Assembly: GCA_964648205.1 (NCBI GenBank)
Contig: CAZYNT010000001.1
Span: 47,765-111,764, forward strand
DNA length: 64,000 bases
Direction of reading: 5' to 3'
From: an uncultured Gammaproteobacteria bacterium
GTDB lineage: Bacteria; Patescibacteriota; Patescibacteriia; Patescibacteriales; UBA12465
A model generated the notes under the pieces. It worked only from the letters and a program-made list of their open reading frames with translations. It did not search any database and was not told the origin of the DNA. The number at the start of each line of letters is the position of its first letter. Position 1 is the stretch's first letter. Below, piece after piece: positions 54,758-64,000 of the stretch. The translations under genes were made by a program, and so were the position numbers.

Positions 54758-55627
54758 TTATTTAGTGCTCAACTCATTAATTAATTTCTGCAGGTCGCTG
54801 CCGATTTCTTCATCTTTTAATCCCACCTTAAGACTAGCTTTAATGAAATTAAATTTATTGCCGGTGTCCAGCCATTCGCCGTCTAATTTTTTGCCATAAA
54901 TCGGAATTCCATTCTCGAGCATAATTTCAAAAGCATCGGCTAAGCGGATTTCCCCCGATTTGCCCGACTGCATTTTTTCTAACACGGAAAATACTTCCGG
55001 CGTAATCGCGTAAATACCGACCGCCACTAAATTTGAGGGTGCGGCTTCTACGGCCGGCTTTTCAACGATTTTTTTAATCTCATAAACACCATCCCCTAAA
55101 TCAATACCATCGATTACCCCGTATTTATTTACTTCAGCAGGCGGCACTTCGGACAAGCCGATTACTGGATAATCATATTTTTCAAAAACCGCCAGAACTT
55201 GAGGGGAAATAGCACTGTCATACAAAGTATCGCCGAAAACGACCAGAGCCGATTCGTCTTCGCCTACCAAATGAGCCGCGCAGCTAACCGCATGGCCGTC
55301 ACCGAGCGGAATCGGCTGGCGCACATAGGAAAATTTGGCCAGGCTCTCTACTTCCTTAACTTTTTTGACCAAATCTAACTTATTTTTTTCGACCAATGTC
55401 TTTTCTAGTTCAAACGAGTAGTCAAAATGATCTTCGATTGCACGCTTGCCTCGTCCGGTAACAAAGACGATTTCTTCAATCCCGGCGCGAGTCGCCTCTT
55501 CCACTAAATATTGGATAACCGGCTTGTCAACAATCATAAGCATTTCCTTGGGCTGCGCCTTGGTGGCCGGCAAAAAACGAGTGCCGAAACCGGCTACCGG
55601 AAAAATCGCTTTTTTAATTTTTGGCAT
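54758..55627 (-). CDS. galU: UTP--glucose-1-phosphate uridylyltransferase
   Basis: FPVAGFGTRFLPATK and EMLMIVDKP motifs. Confidence 0.9.
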   Translation of the reverse strand: MPKIKKAIFPVAGFGTRFLPATKAQPKEMLMIVDKPVIQYLVEEATRAGIEEIVFVTGRGKRAIEDHFDYSFELEKTLVEKNKLDLVKKVKEVESLAKFSYVRQPIPLGDGHAVSCAAHLVGEDESALVVFGDTLYDSAISPQVLAVFEKYDYPVIGLSEVPPAEVNKYGVIDGIDLGDGVYEIKKIVEKPAVEAAPSNLVAVGIYAITPEVFSVLEKMQSGKSGEIRLADAFEIMLENGIPIYGKKLDGEWLDTGNKFNFIKASLKVGLKDEEIGSDLQKLINELSTK

Positions 55628-56438
55628 AAGAGTTATCTTTAAATTTTATTCCCCACTTTAAAAAATATTTAAGCCAAGAACCGATGTGGCGCCAGGCCAA
55701 ACGATCAAGAAAGATAGCTAGATACCAAGGATATTTGGCGCTCTCCCGCGCATGGTCGTGCGTTAGAATCGCTTCCGGATTATAGATAACCTTAAAACCC
55801 TTCTGCCAGGCGGTTCGGCAGAGATCCGTATCTTCAAAATACATAAAATAACGCTTATCAAAACGCGGCTCCCAAATTCTTCCGTCTTCAAGGGTTAACT
55901 GTTTTTTAAACATTAAAGCCGAACCCATAAGCCAATCAACCGGCTTGATGGTATTATGATCGAACTCTTGCATTTGAAAATGGTCGCGTAGAATCGCAAA
56001 ATAATCACCCAAAAAAGTTCGCCGGAGAATCGGCATGTAGACTTTCGGGAAACGGGAGCAAGAAAACTGCAGGCTGCCGTCGGGATTTAATAGTTTTGGT
56101 CCGACAATGCCTATCGCCGGATTATTTTTTATATAAGTAAACAATACTTTAAGCGCATCTCCTCTAATAACCGTGTCCGGGTTGAGAATAAAAATGTATT
56201 CGCCGCCAGCGGCCTTAATCCCTAAATTATTCCCTCCGCCCATGCCTAGGTTTTGCGGGCTGACTATCAATTTTATCTTCTCACTTAAACGAGCTAAGCC
56301 GCTTAAATCATCACCGGAATTATTCTCAACCAAAATAATTTCATAATTAAAAGCTACCTCAGACTGAAGAATTGAGGCCAAACAAGTCTCAAGTTTATTT
56401 TTACTATGATAATTAACGATAATTATTGATAAATCCAT
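55614..56438 (-). CDS. Glycosyltransferase family 2
   Basis: IIIVNYHS N-terminus, DxD region, and a GT-A fold. Confidence 0.85.
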   Translation of the reverse strand: MDLSIIIVNYHSKNKLETCLASILQSEVAFNYEIILVENNSGDDLSGLARLSEKIKLIVSPQNLGMGGGNNLGIKAAGGEYIFILNPDTVIRGDALKVLFTYIKNNPAIGIVGPKLLNPDGSLQFSCSRFPKVYMPILRRTFLGDYFAILRDHFQMQEFDHNTIKPVDWLMGSALMFKKQLTLEDGRIWEPRFDKRYFMYFEDTDLCRTAWQKGFKVIYNPEAILTHDHARESAKYPWYLAIFLDRLAWRHIGSWLKYFLKWGIKFKDNSYAKN

Positions 56439-56439
56439 A

Positions 56440-57507
56440 TTAAATGAGGCGACGCGCTATTTGCCAATAAATATTAAACAAAGGATTGACAATGTATTTC
56501 AAAATTGGATTGGCGATTTCCTGAAACTCTATTTTTCCGGAAAACCCCTTAGCCAAAGAGGTAAACGGTTGAACCTTAAATTTTTCAATCGCGTCTCTCT
56601 CTGCTTGAATCTTAACATAGTTTTTAAAATGGCAAAAATAACCGTATATTTTTATCTCTTCTTTGGTCCAACCGTTCAAAAGAGAAAACAAAAACATACC
56701 AATATCCATAATTAGGCCCGGCAGACCGATTAAAATCAAAAGCCAAAACGGATAGAAAGCCAGCAGGGTTAAATAACGATTGCGCTCCATATAGTAAATC
56801 ATCTTAGTGCTCCGCTTAAACTCGTATTTATGATAAACCGCCGAACAAGGGGCTAAAATTACTTTATAACCGGCTAACTTGGCCTTGAGGCTTATCTCTA
56901 AATCATCATGATACATGTAATATTCCTCATTATAGCCGCCAATTTTATCCAATACTTCGGAGCGGATAATAAAAGAACAGCCGCTGGCATAGCCTTTTAT
57001 TTCCGGATAGCCGGAAATTTCGCGATCTGGCTCTCCGTAGCCAGAGGTAAACCCGAAGCCCAAAAAATGAATAACATTGCCCAGGCTGTTTATTCTCGGA
57101 TTTTTCTTGGCTTCTTCTGTTTTGGGAAATAACAATATTTTTGATTGGGCGATGCCCGCCTCGAGATTATTATCTAGGGCTGAAACCAATTCGCTTAACC
57201 AGGCCGGCTCCATTTCCGTGTCCATATTGACGGTCACTAAGTACTCGCAATCGTCTTTTTTCGCCTGCCTAAACCCAAGATTATTAGCCGCCGCATAATT
57301 GCCATCATCTCTCGCCAAAATAACCGCCTCGGGATAATTGTCTTTTAAATATTTAAAAGACTCCACCGTGGACGCATTATCAACAATATAAACTTTTGTA
57401 AGTTCAGCCGGATAATTTTGTCTGCGCAAAGAATCGCGGCAGGGCGCCAAAAAGCGCTCGGCGTAATCCTTATAGTTTATTAAAATTATCCCGACTTTTT
57501 TATTCAT
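56440..57507 (-). CDS. Glycosyltransferase family 2 with C-terminal membrane helices
   Basis: ILINYKD N-terminus, YLVTVNMDTE (DxD-like), and a C-terminal hydrophobic region. Confidence 0.8.
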   Translation of the reverse strand: MNKKVGIILINYKDYAERFLAPCRDSLRRQNYPAELTKVYIVDNASTVESFKYLKDNYPEAVILARDDGNYAAANNLGFRQAKKDDCEYLVTVNMDTEMEPAWLSELVSALDNNLEAGIAQSKILLFPKTEEAKKNPRINSLGNVIHFLGFGFTSGYGEPDREISGYPEIKGYASGCSFIIRSEVLDKIGGYNEEYYMYHDDLEISLKAKLAGYKVILAPCSAVYHKYEFKRSTKMIYYMERNRYLTLLAFYPFWLLILIGLPGLIMDIGMFLFSLLNGWTKEEIKIYGYFCHFKNYVKIQAERDAIEKFKVQPFTSLAKGFSGKIEFQEIANPILKYIVNPLFNIYWQIARRLI

Positions 57508-57518
57508 ATTCCGGCTAA

Positions 57519-57932
57519 TTAAATTAGATTTACAATCATAGCATTGACTACCCTCCTCGTATTGGGGCTAATATCATCTCTTTTAATCACATTCAAGGCT
57601 TGGTGCCATTCTCCTCTCTTGCCCTCATGAACGACGACTTGATTGGCAAAATTTTCGCCAACCTCTTCAATATAATAATTTGATACTGAATGATTGGTCT
57701 CAAAGGCGCCAAGCAAAACATAGTGTTCCGGGGTGTATTCTAATTCTTCCATTATTTCACGTAACAAAGCCTCCTCATTATTTTCATCAGCTTCTAAGCC
57801 GCCACCGAAAGCGCCCAGGCGGCCAGGGTTACGAGGCGCATCATCACTGCGTCTTTGCAAAAAAACATAAAGATTGGTGTCCTTGAAATAATAAGGAACT
57901 AGCATTGAATTATGTCTTTTGTTTTCCATCAT
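57519..57932 (-). CDS. NUDIX hydrolase
   Basis: Nudix box GAFGGGLEADENNEEALLREIMEELEY. Confidence 0.75.
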   Translation of the reverse strand: MMENKRHNSMLVPYYFKDTNLYVFLQRRSDDAPRNPGRLGAFGGGLEADENNEEALLREIMEELEYTPEHYVLLGAFETNHSVSNYYIEEVGENFANQVVVHEGKRGEWHQALNVIKRDDISPNTRRVVNAMIVNLI

Positions 57933-58768
57933 TTTTTAATAAAGATTTTAACCGCAAGCCAAACCAGGCGCAAAACTGCGCCTTGCCATTTTGCTTCCCA
58001 TTTCTCGAAATATTTTATCATCGAATCGCTAAAATATTTTTGCGCCCTACCGCGAGGAACTTGCTTGAAGCTCTGCCCGACATAATCAAGGCACTGTGCG
58101 GCCGGCGTATACCAAACCTCGCCGCCCAAACGATAGACATCGCGGCAAAAATCAACCTCTTCAAACCAAATAAAATAACGATCGTCAAGCAAGGGAAAAT
58201 TGCGGCCGCTAATTTTTTGATAATTCCCCCGATTAATCAGGAAAAAGGCGCCGCGGATAGAATCTACTTTAGCCGCCTGATTATAATTAAAATCCGAAAC
58301 TAAATATTTATCAACGATTCTCGGAAAAAGATGAGGCAATTTTAAAGTAATTGCCAATTGATCACAAAACTTCGGAAAGCGGCGCACTTGTTTAATAATT
58401 TCTCCTTTTTCGTCCACTAATTTGCAACCCGTTACTGTCGCTTGCGGATTATTACGCGTCCAATCTAAAATATTACTCAGAGTATCTGGTCCGACCTGCA
58501 TATCGGGGTTAAGGAGCAAGATATATTTTCCGGCGCTTACTTTCATTGCTTCATTATTAGCCGAGGCGAACCCAAGATTTTCCGAATTGACGATTAATTT
58601 CACTTGCGGAAATTCCTCCTTGATCATTTCCGCGCTACCATCCTGAGAATTATTATCAACCACGAATACTTCAATTTTAAAATCGCCTTGTGATTCAAAC
58701 AAAGCGCTCAAGTTGGCTTTTAATTTATCTTTAACTTTCCAAGAAACAATAACTACTGATAAATCCAT
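57929..58768 (-). CDS. Glycosyltransferase family 2
   Basis: VVIVSWKV N-terminus, DNNSQDGS and a DxD region. Confidence 0.85.
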   Translation of the reverse strand: MDLSVVIVSWKVKDKLKANLSALFESQGDFKIEVFVVDNNSQDGSAEMIKEEFPQVKLIVNSENLGFASANNEAMKVSAGKYILLLNPDMQVGPDTLSNILDWTRNNPQATVTGCKLVDEKGEIIKQVRRFPKFCDQLAITLKLPHLFPRIVDKYLVSDFNYNQAAKVDSIRGAFFLINRGNYQKISGRNFPLLDDRYFIWFEEVDFCRDVYRLGGEVWYTPAAQCLDYVGQSFKQVPRGRAQKYFSDSMIKYFEKWEAKWQGAVLRLVWLAVKIFIKK

Positions 58769-58783
58769 AAAAGTAATAATTTA

Positions 58784-59062
58784 CTAACGGCTGACCTTGA
58801 GAAGTTTGGCTCTTTCAGTTAATCCGCCAATAATTTTTACTTGGTATTTTCTAACCCCAAGCATTTTGGCGATATAATTAATTAACTCTCGATTGGCCTC
58901 TCCCTTTTCCGGCGGCGCCGCCAAAGCAACTTTAAAGGTCCCGTCAGCCATTTCTCCACGGATTTCTGTTTTTGGAGCTCCGGGAATAACTTTGACGTTA
59001 AAATAAACTTCTTTATTATTAGCTAAATTTTCAATAATTTTTTCTAACATATCCATAATCAA
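58784..59062 (-). CDS. YggU/DUF167 family protein
   Basis: VKVIPGAPKTEI...VALAAPPEKGEANRELINYIAKMLGV matches the YggU pattern (KV.PGA....I...L.V...APP..GKAN..L...LA..L.V). Confidence 0.75.
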   Translation of the reverse strand: MIMDMLEKIIENLANNKEVYFNVKVIPGAPKTEIRGEMADGTFKVALAAPPEKGEANRELINYIAKMLGVRKYQVKIIGGLTERAKLLKVSR

Positions 59063-59216
59063 TTAAATCCTGGGCTAAGACCGATTCTCTTCTTATAGTT
59101 TAACCCTTTTTCTTGGTTTTTTAAAGCCCATAAGGACAGAAAGCGCCATCTGTCAAGATTTATTTTATTGTAATAATATATTAAAATATAGATACTAAAA
59201 CATTAAAGAAAATATT

Positions 59217-59705
59217 ATGTCCGAGGCCTACAAACGTCCCTCCTGGGATGAGTATTTTATCAAAATAATGGAGATGGTCGGCAGTCGTGGTTCTTGCGAT
59301 CGCGGTCGTTCCGGCTGTGTTATTACGCGCGATAGACGGATAATTTCTACCGGCTATGTTGGTTCTCCGGTTGGTTTGCCGCACTGCGATGAAGTCGGCC
59401 ACGAAATGCATACCGTTATTCATGAAGATGGCGAACAACATCGTCATTGTATTCGAACCGCTCATGCCGAACAAAACGCGATTTGCGAAGCAGCCAGAAT
59501 GGGCATCGCGCTTGAAGGTGCGACCCTCTATTGTCAGATGACTCCCTGCTACACCTGCGCCAAGATGATTATTAATTCTGGAATTAAAACAGTTGTTTGC
59601 GCGAAAGACTACCATGCCGGTGCTCGGAGCAAAGAAATTTTCAAAGAAGCGGGCATTCAATACACTCTAGTGACCGACGAATTGACTAAATACGAAGATC
59701 AATAA
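59217..59705 (+). CDS. dCMP deaminase (ComEB/deoxycytidylate deaminase family)
   Basis: HAEQNAI and PCYTCAKMI zinc-binding motifs. Confidence 0.85.
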   Translation: MSEAYKRPSWDEYFIKIMEMVGSRGSCDRGRSGCVITRDRRIISTGYVGSPVGLPHCDEVGHEMHTVIHEDGEQHRHCIRTAHAEQNAICEAARMGIALEGATLYCQMTPCYTCAKMIINSGIKTVVCAKDYHAGARSKEIFKEAGIQYTLVTDELTKYEDQ

Positions 59706-59722
59706 AATAACCGCTTAATCAT

Positions 59723-60538
59723 ATGAAACAATACCTTGATTTACTGCGCGATGTTTTAGAAAACGGCCAAGGCAAAGATGACCGGACCGGAACCGGAACT
59801 ATTAGTGTCTTCGGGCGCCAAGTTCGTTATGATTTGAATGCCGGCTTCCCGTTATTAACCACCAAAAAAGTCCACCTGAAATCAATCATTTATGAATTGC
59901 TCTGGTTTTTAAAAGGCGATACCAATATTAAATATTTAAATAACAACGGCGTAACCATCTGGGATGAATGGGCAGACGAAAATGGCGACCTTGGTCCAAT
60001 TTATGGTAAACAGTGGACCGCCTGGGAAGCGCCCGACGGTTCAAAAATAAACCAAATTGCGGAAGCGGTAGCGACTTTAAAAAATAATCCGACTTCCCGG
60101 CGCATAATCATTAGCGGCTGGAATGTCGGCGACCTAAGACAATTAATCGGCGGCAAAAAAACCGCCCCGCCGCCTTGCCATACCATCTTCCAATTCTATG
60201 TTTCTCATGATAACAAGCTATCCTGCCAACTTTATCAACGCAGCGCCGATATCTTTTTAGGAGTACCTTTTAACATTGCTTCCTACGCCCTTCTGACCAT
60301 GATGATAGCCCAAGTTTGCAATTTAAAATTAGGAGAATTTATTCATACCTTTGGCGACCTTCACATTTATAATAACCATCTGGAGCAAGTAAAACTACAG
60401 CTATCTCGTACGCCCAAAACTTTGCCTAAAATGATTATCAATCCCGAAGTAAAAGACATATTCAATTTTAAGTATGAAGATTTTACTCTCGAGGGCTATG
60501 ATCCCGAACCGGGAATAAAAGCCCCGATAGCCATTTAA
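59723..60538 (+). CDS. thyA: Thymidylate synthase
   Basis: MKQYLDLL N-terminus, active-site PPCH, and the ALPPCH/QFYV region. Confidence 0.95.
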   Translation: MKQYLDLLRDVLENGQGKDDRTGTGTISVFGRQVRYDLNAGFPLLTTKKVHLKSIIYELLWFLKGDTNIKYLNNNGVTIWDEWADENGDLGPIYGKQWTAWEAPDGSKINQIAEAVATLKNNPTSRRIIISGWNVGDLRQLIGGKKTAPPPCHTIFQFYVSHDNKLSCQLYQRSADIFLGVPFNIASYALLTMMIAQVCNLKLGEFIHTFGDLHIYNNHLEQVKLQLSRTPKTLPKMIINPEVKDIFNFKYEDFTLEGYDPEPGIKAPIAI

Positions 60539-60542
60539 TTTT

Positions 60543-61046
60543 ATGATCCCAGTAACCATGATGATGGCGATAACTGTCGACGGAAAAATCGCTAAAGACA
60601 AAACGCAGTTTGCCGACTGGACCAGCCGCGAGGACAAAAAATTATTTGTCGAGATCTCAAAATCTCATGGCGTTATCATGATGGGCGAAAATACTTTCCG
60701 CACTTTTCCCGCCCCCTTGAAAGAAAGGCTAAATGTAGTCTTCTCTGAAAAAGATAATCCGGAACCAATGGCGGGCGTAAAATGGGTCAAAGGCGAACCC
60801 GAAACCGTCTTGCTGGAGTTAGAAAAAATGGGTTACAAATCCGCCTTGCTCGGCGGCGGCTCTTTCCTTAATTCTCTTTTTCTTGAAAAAAAACTAATTT
60901 CGGAAATCATTCTAACCGTTGAACCAAAAATTTTTGGCGCCGGCCTATCCCTCTTCAACAAAGACTTGGACGCTAATTTAAAACTTTTAGAAACCAGGAA
61001 TTTAAATGACAATACTTTAATGCTTCGTTATCAAGTTGTTTATTAA
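60543..61046 (+). CDS. Dihydrofolate reductase family protein
   Basis: 167 aa. N-terminal IAVDGKIAKD-type NADPH region and LLGGGS glycine motif. Position next to thyA. Confidence 0.65.
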   Translation: MIPVTMMMAITVDGKIAKDKTQFADWTSREDKKLFVEISKSHGVIMMGENTFRTFPAPLKERLNVVFSEKDNPEPMAGVKWVKGEPETVLLELEKMGYKSALLGGGSFLNSLFLEKKLISEIILTVEPKIFGAGLSLFNKDLDANLKLLETRNLNDNTLMLRYQVVY

Positions 61047-61602
61047 TATGAAAAAGACCATCATCGGACTTGTCGGAGAACTGGCCAGCGGCAAAGACGT
61101 GACTAAAAAATATTTAGAAGACCATTACGGCGCCAGCTGCCATCGTTTTTCCACTATTTTACGCGATGTCCTGCGCCGGCTCTACCTGCCGATAACCAGA
61201 GAAAATCTCCAGGATCTCTCCACTATTTTGCGCCGCCGCTTCGGCGAGGACTTGCTTGCCAAAATTATTGCTGAAGATGTTAAAAATGATCCCCATGAAA
61301 TTATCGTTGTCGACGGCATCCGCCGCGATGCCGATATCACTTATTTAAAAGCTCTCCCCGGTTTTGTCTTGTTAAGCTTGGAGGTTGAAGCCAAAACACG
61401 CTATGAGCGCCTAATCAAACGGCAAGAAAATGCCGATGACGCTTCAAAGACCTATGAACAGTTTCTGACTGACGGCCAGAAAGAGGCTGAGCTAGAAATC
61501 CCCAGTGTAATGGCTAAAGCTAACTACAGGCTTAATAACAACGGACCGCTCGAAAAGCTTTACGAACAAATCGAAAAAATTATTATTGAGTTGGAAAAAT
61601 AG
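61036..61602 (+). CDS. P-loop kinase resembling phage T4-type deoxynucleoside monophosphate kinase
   Basis: IGLVGELASGKDV (compare T4 gp1 IFLSGVKRSGKDT) and VVDGIRRDAD (compare T4 PDTRQDHE). Surrounded by nucleotide-metabolism genes. Confidence 0.4.
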   Translation: MFINMKKTIIGLVGELASGKDVTKKYLEDHYGASCHRFSTILRDVLRRLYLPITRENLQDLSTILRRRFGEDLLAKIIAEDVKNDPHEIIVVDGIRRDADITYLKALPGFVLLSLEVEAKTRYERLIKRQENADDASKTYEQFLTDGQKEAELEIPSVMAKANYRLNNNGPLEKLYEQIEKIIIELEK

Positions 61603-61603
61603 T

Positions 61604-62785
61604 ATGAAAAATAGTATGAATAACTACCCCGGGAAATTAATAGTTTTTTACGGCATAAATAACCTCGGCAAGAGCACGCAGGCAAAGTTGCTCGTAGAAA
61701 GATTAAAGGCTAATGGCTATCAGGCCGAATACTTAAAATACCCAATCTACGATTTATCCCCCTCCGGCCAAATGCTTAACGACTATTTACGAAACGCCAA
61801 TCCCTATAACCTGCATTCCCGCGAAGCGCAAATAATGTATGCCATGAACCGTACGCAATATCAGGCCGAATTAATCGCCAAACTTAAAGCGGGAATAAAT
61901 GTTATTGCCGAAGACTATAAGGGTACCGGTATCGCCTGGGGACTAGGCGCTGGAGTTGATGAAAAATTTCTTAAGGACGTTAATTCTCACTTAATCTCCG
62001 AGGATTTAGTTTTTCTTTTTGACGGCGAGCGCTTCCGCCAGGCCATAGAAAACAACCATAAACATGAAAACGATGAAGACCTGATGATAAAAGTGCGCTG
62101 GGCGCATTTAAAATTAAGGGAGGAATATGGCTGGTGGAAAATAAATGCCAATCTGGCTATAGAAGAAATTCATGAAGAAATCTGGCAAAGCGTCCGCGGG
62201 CTACTCGAAGGACCGAGAACAGAAGAGCCGATGACCACAAAATCCAAAGAAACTTACAGCTATTCCGGTTTCCAGGCTATCGGCGACATTATCACCGATA
62301 ACCGCCAAACCGTCATTACTGATAGCCCGAAACCGACGGAAAGCGGCCCGGAAACTCCTGATAAAATCTTGCGGGTTGAAAAACTAATCAATTCAGCCAA
62401 GCTGCCGCAAAAAGCTCATTTAGGCGACGCCGGCTATGATTTATATTCTAGCGACTATTATTCGATTCCTCCCTACGGCCAAGCGCTGGTCACTACCGGC
62501 CTAAAAATCGCTATTCCCGACGGATATGTTGGCTTGATTTGGGACAAAAGCGGCCTGGCTTTCGAAGGTATAAAAACTATGGGCGGGGTAATCGATTCTA
62601 ATTACCGCGGCGAAGTAAAAATAATTATAAAAAATCTAGGCGAAGAAGTTTTTAACATTATTCCCAGACAAAAAATCGCCCAGCTTCTGGTTCAGACAGT
62701 AACCGACCTGAAAGTCAAAGAAGAAATAATTGAAGACCAGACGGAAAGAGCGGCCAACGGTTTTGGCAGTTCCGGCCGATTTTAA
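61604..62785 (+). CDS. tmk: Fusion protein: thymidylate kinase (N-terminal) plus dUTP diphosphatase (C-terminal)
   Basis: N-terminal LIVFYGINNLGKSTQ P-loop of Tmk. C-terminal dUTPase motifs AGYDLYS, GLIWDKSGLA, GVIDSNYRGE and PRQKIAQLL. Start set at ATG 61604. Confidence 0.8.
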   Translation: MKNSMNNYPGKLIVFYGINNLGKSTQAKLLVERLKANGYQAEYLKYPIYDLSPSGQMLNDYLRNANPYNLHSREAQIMYAMNRTQYQAELIAKLKAGINVIAEDYKGTGIAWGLGAGVDEKFLKDVNSHLISEDLVFLFDGERFRQAIENNHKHENDEDLMIKVRWAHLKLREEYGWWKINANLAIEEIHEEIWQSVRGLLEGPRTEEPMTTKSKETYSYSGFQAIGDIITDNRQTVITDSPKPTESGPETPDKILRVEKLINSAKLPQKAHLGDAGYDLYSSDYYSIPPYGQALVTTGLKIAIPDGYVGLIWDKSGLAFEGIKTMGGVIDSNYRGEVKIIIKNLGEEVFNIIPRQKIAQLLVQTVTDLKVKEEIIEDQTERAANGFGSSGRF

Positions 62786-62802
62786 AAATTAACAACGAAT
62801 AT

Positions 62803-63027
62803 ATGGGGTTATTAAATTTTTTCAAATCAATGGAAGCGCCGAATAGAGAACCAGTCGAAGCGCCTAAGCTTAAGCGGGTGTCGGCCGAAAAAAACGACGG
62901 CCATTGGGCTCCCGAGAATGAAGCGCCAAGTTATAATAACAACTCGGAAATGCTCGCCAAGATACGCAGGCAAATGGATGAAGAGTATGCTGAAATAAAA
63001 AAAGATTTAGAGTCCCGCAAAAATTAA
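62803..63027 (+). CDS. Hypothetical small acidic protein
   Basis: 74 aa ORF with no motif. Confidence 0.35.
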   Translation: MGLLNFFKSMEAPNREPVEAPKLKRVSAEKNDGHWAPENEAPSYNNNSEMLAKIRRQMDEEYAEIKKDLESRKN

Positions 63028-63045
63028 TTATACTATTATATAAAA

Positions 63046-64000
63046 ATGAAATACGATATAATCATCGGCCTGGAAATCCACGCCGAATTAAAAACTAAGA
63101 GCAAAATGTTTTGCGCGTGCAATAATGACGCTAGCCAGAAAGCGCCCAATTCCACTGTTTGCCCGATCTGTTTGGGGCATCCGGGAACCCTGCCCGTCCC
63201 CAACCAAGAAGCTGTTAATTGGACTATTATGACCGGCTTGGCAATGCACTGCAAAATCAATCGCCTTTCCAAATTTGATCGGAAAAATTATTTCTATCCC
63301 GATCTTCCTAAAGGCTATCAAATCTCACAATACGATTTTCCTTTCTGCTACGACGGTTATTTAGAGGTCGACGGCGCCAAAATCATGATTACGCGCATCC
63401 ACCTTGAAGAAGACACCGGAAAGTCAACCCACTTCAAGGATAAAGACTATACCCTGCTCGATTTTAACCGAGCAGGCACGCCGCTGATGGAGCTTGTCAC
63501 CGAGCCGGTGATTAAAGACGCCCTGGAAGCTAAAAAATTCTGTCAGGCTTACCAGCAGATATTGCGTTACCTAGATATTAGTAACGCCGACATGGAAAAA
63601 GGCGAAATGCGCTGCGAAGCTAATATCAGTCTCCAGGAAAAGGGCAAATGGGAATATAAAAACGGATTAATCAAGCCTAAGAAAGGCTATACTTTAAACA
63701 ATAAGGTTGAAATAAAAAATATTAATTCTTTCCGGGCGGTGGAAAAAGCGATTAACTTTGAAATCGCCCGCCAAAGCGCGGCTCTAGACAAGGGCGAAGC
63801 AATCGTAGCTGAAACTCGCGGCTGGGATGATAACAAGGCGGCGACTATCAGCCAAAGAATAAAAGAAACTTCAGCTGATTACCGTTATTTCCCCGAACCG
63901 GACATTCCACCTTTAAAAATCGACGACAACTGGCTCGCGAAACTGGAAGCCGAACTGCCGGAGATGCCCCAAGCTAAAAAAACGCGCTTTATCCGTGAAT
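63046..64000 (+). CDS. gatB: Asp/Glu-tRNA amidotransferase subunit B, partial (continues past the window end)
   Basis: Manual translation from ATG 63046: MKYDIIIGLEIHAEL...CPICLGHPGTLP...NRAGTPLMELVTEP. Canonical GatB N-terminus. The frame is open to position 64000. Confidence 0.85.
   Translation, partial: MKYDIIIGLEIHAELKTKSKMFCACNNDASQKAPNSTVCPICLGHPGTLPVPNQEAVNWTIMTGLAMHCKINRLSKFDRKNYFYPDLPKGYQISQYDFPFCYDGYLEVDGAKIMITRIHLEEDTGKSTHFKDKDYTLLDFNRAGTPLMELVTEPVIKDALEAKKFCQAYQQILRYLDISNADMEKGEMRCEANISLQEKGKWEYKNGLIKPKKGYTLNNKVEIKNINSFRAVEKAINFEIARQSAALDKGEAIVAETRGWDDNKAATISQRIKETSADYRYFPEPDIPPLKIDDNWLAKLEAELPEMPQAKKTRFIRE

Noticed and set aside
59181-59660. 159-aa minus-strand ORF
   Set aside because: Antisense to the dCMP deaminase gene, whose zinc-binding HAEQNAI and PCYTCA motifs are unambiguous on the plus strand.
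1-64000. CRISPR arrays, rRNA genes, insertion sequences
   Set aside because: No regularly spaced direct repeats, no rRNA-like conserved stretches, and no transposase-like ORFs were seen. The only repeats are short tandem duplications inside genes and the 24-nt tRNA-derived direct repeat.

Overview
This 64 kb window looks like a bacterial chromosomal segment. About 75 coding regions and five tRNAs can be supported. Many genes are short or fused, secreted and membrane proteins are frequent, and there is a phage-like nucleotide-salvage gene set. That is reminiscent of small-genome (Patescibacteria/CPR-like) bacteria, but that placement is inference only. Most genes are housekeeping: rubrerythrin, mutM, tpiA, gyrB, a pgk-eno-phosphoglycerate-mutase operon, clpB, def-fmt, dnaB, ybaB-recR, rplU, murA, galU with a cluster of three family-2 glycosyltransferases, dCMP deaminase-thyA-DHFR-kinase-tmk/dut, and a partial gatB. 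The tRNAs are Tyr-GTA and Thr-GGT on the minus strand, and Glu-CTC, Lys-TTT and Thr-TGT on the plus strand. The ORF track missed rpmG (L33, 51 aa). No rRNA, CRISPR array, integrase or transposase was found. The observations most worth a second look are listed in the findings. (1) A membrane-anchored ClpB/Hsp100 paralog with a degenerate first ATPase domain, lying in a minus-strand operon with a small membrane protein, a WecA/MraY-QueH fusion and an L,D-transpeptidase, divergent from a canonical clpB that is preceded by a sigma70-like promoter and a CIRCE heat-shock operator. (2) A low-GC island next to tRNA-Glu. It carries a GC-rich structured element, a protein whose C-terminus has an L,D-transpeptidase-like catalytic motif immediately followed by a membrane-anchored partner, and a wHTH-nucleotidyltransferase/HEPN-like pair with a palindromic operator. 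(3) A 24-nt direct repeat of the tRNA-Glu 5' end, a GIY-YIG gene interrupted by an in-frame TAA, and an fmt stop codon supplied by the tRNA fragment. (4) A 235-nt GC-rich structured leader ending in an intrinsic terminator about 25 nt before the epimerase-tpiA start, a candidate riboswitch or attenuator. (5) A second low-GC cassette (unknown protein, NUDIX, SDR, methyltransferase, GNAT) and a nucleotide-salvage cluster with a thymidylate kinase-dUTPase fusion and a T4-type dNMP-kinase-like gene. All family assignments rest on motifs I could read by eye. No database search was run.
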